Positions 63,084 through 64,000 of a stretch of 64,000 bases of DNA are shown here, piece after piece. The position numbers were made by a program, and so were the translations under genes. This stretch comes from Octopus bimaculoides (lineage: Eukaryota): assembly GCF_001194135.2 (NCBI RefSeq), contig NC_068998.1, positions 5,767,183 to 5,831,182 of the forward strand. Direction: 5' to 3'. How positions within the stretch are numbered: the first letter of the stretch is position 1; every line of letters begins with the position of its first letter. The notes under the pieces are model-generated. The model made no database searches. It saw only the letters and a program-made list of their open reading frames with translations, and was not told the DNA's origin.

Positions 63084-64000
63084 GGTGTGTTGTGTATATG
63101 CAAGTATATAGATATGGATGTGTGTGTATATGTATAAATATGTGTGTGTGTGTGTACGCGCGTATGTAGACAGACAGATGACATATAACACACGCAGCAA
63201 TTCAAATACAGTCACACATAACTTTGTTCCCCACCGCGCCGGCAACATCAATCATCTTGGCATCAGCTGGTAATTTGGCTGTCGAGATTTGTCTCTGACC
63301 TCCATTTAGTTTCTAAAAGTACATTCGTGTGTGTATGGTGGGTAGGTGGACGTGAAGAGTACCCTGATTTTTAGACAGAGAAAAGCATTTTTGGAAGGGG
63401 CGGTGTGAACGAAATCGGCAAAAAAAAAACCAGCTACAATAATAAATCATAACCACCATTTTATGAAGTAAATGAGAACGAGCCCCTGGGTGTTGAAAAA
63501 CGTATAATTTTGTTTTTTCAGTAAAAGCATGTCAACATATGATTTTGTATATTTATTTTGATATACAAATTAATAACTTTTAAAGAAACGGCATTCCTTC
63601 GGCATCGGTCTACAAAGTGTCGACATAGTCTTCTTCAGTTCAACTTTTTTTTTTAACTATGTCATGAGAGAAGGTTTGGTGGGTGAATGACGTCGTGTAC
63701 AAATACCGAAGGATTGCCAATGAAATACTGAGATTCTAAATAAATGGTGTATTCATCAACTCATTCTATTATTGTAGCCTCGAGCAAATCAAGGCTTTGT
63801 GAATAGATCTGGCGGATGGAAACTGAAAGAATCCCGTCGCACGGAGGCGCGCGTGTACAGAGAGGGAGAGGGGAAGTGCGGTGAGTTGGTAAAATCGTTC
63901 GCACCGGACAAAATGGACCATATAGTTGGTAAGCAAACTACTTACCACACAGCCACTCCAACGCCAAACCACACACCCTTTGTTAATACATACATACATA

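Noticed and set aside
319-63999. Most entries in the supplied ORF track (HT/YI/CV repeats, poly-X)
   Set aside because: They are translations of microsatellites or run through N gaps; none resembles a protein family, and the real gene is spliced.

Overview
AT-rich, microsatellite-saturated eukaryotic scaffold with roughly 5-6 kb of N gaps. The repeat landscape looks like an octopus/coleoid cephalopod draft genome (inference). One protein-coding gene is recognisable: a vertebrate-type mitochondrial N-acetylglutamate synthase (NAGS) on the + strand. I assembled it by hand from 14 GT-AG exons (19584-43166, about 552 aa); its 5' end is ambiguous, with a candidate upstream exon at 13965-14063. The rest is intronic/intergenic DNA with at least four dispersed SINE-like families, piggyBac/hAT/Tc-type MITEs, and decayed hAT, mariner and R4/Dong-type coding fragments. 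The most notable non-genic signals are Penelope-like retroelement (PLE) relics. Two carry minimal type-I hammerhead ribozyme motifs (62843-62888 and 55690-55735, minus strand). The first sits in a fold-back whose second arm lacks precisely the ribozyme. A third relic is a GIY-YIG endonuclease fragment bracketed by inverted tRNA-like repeats with a 12-bp TSD (1653-2072). Nearly all entries in the supplied ORF track are microsatellite or N-gap artefacts.
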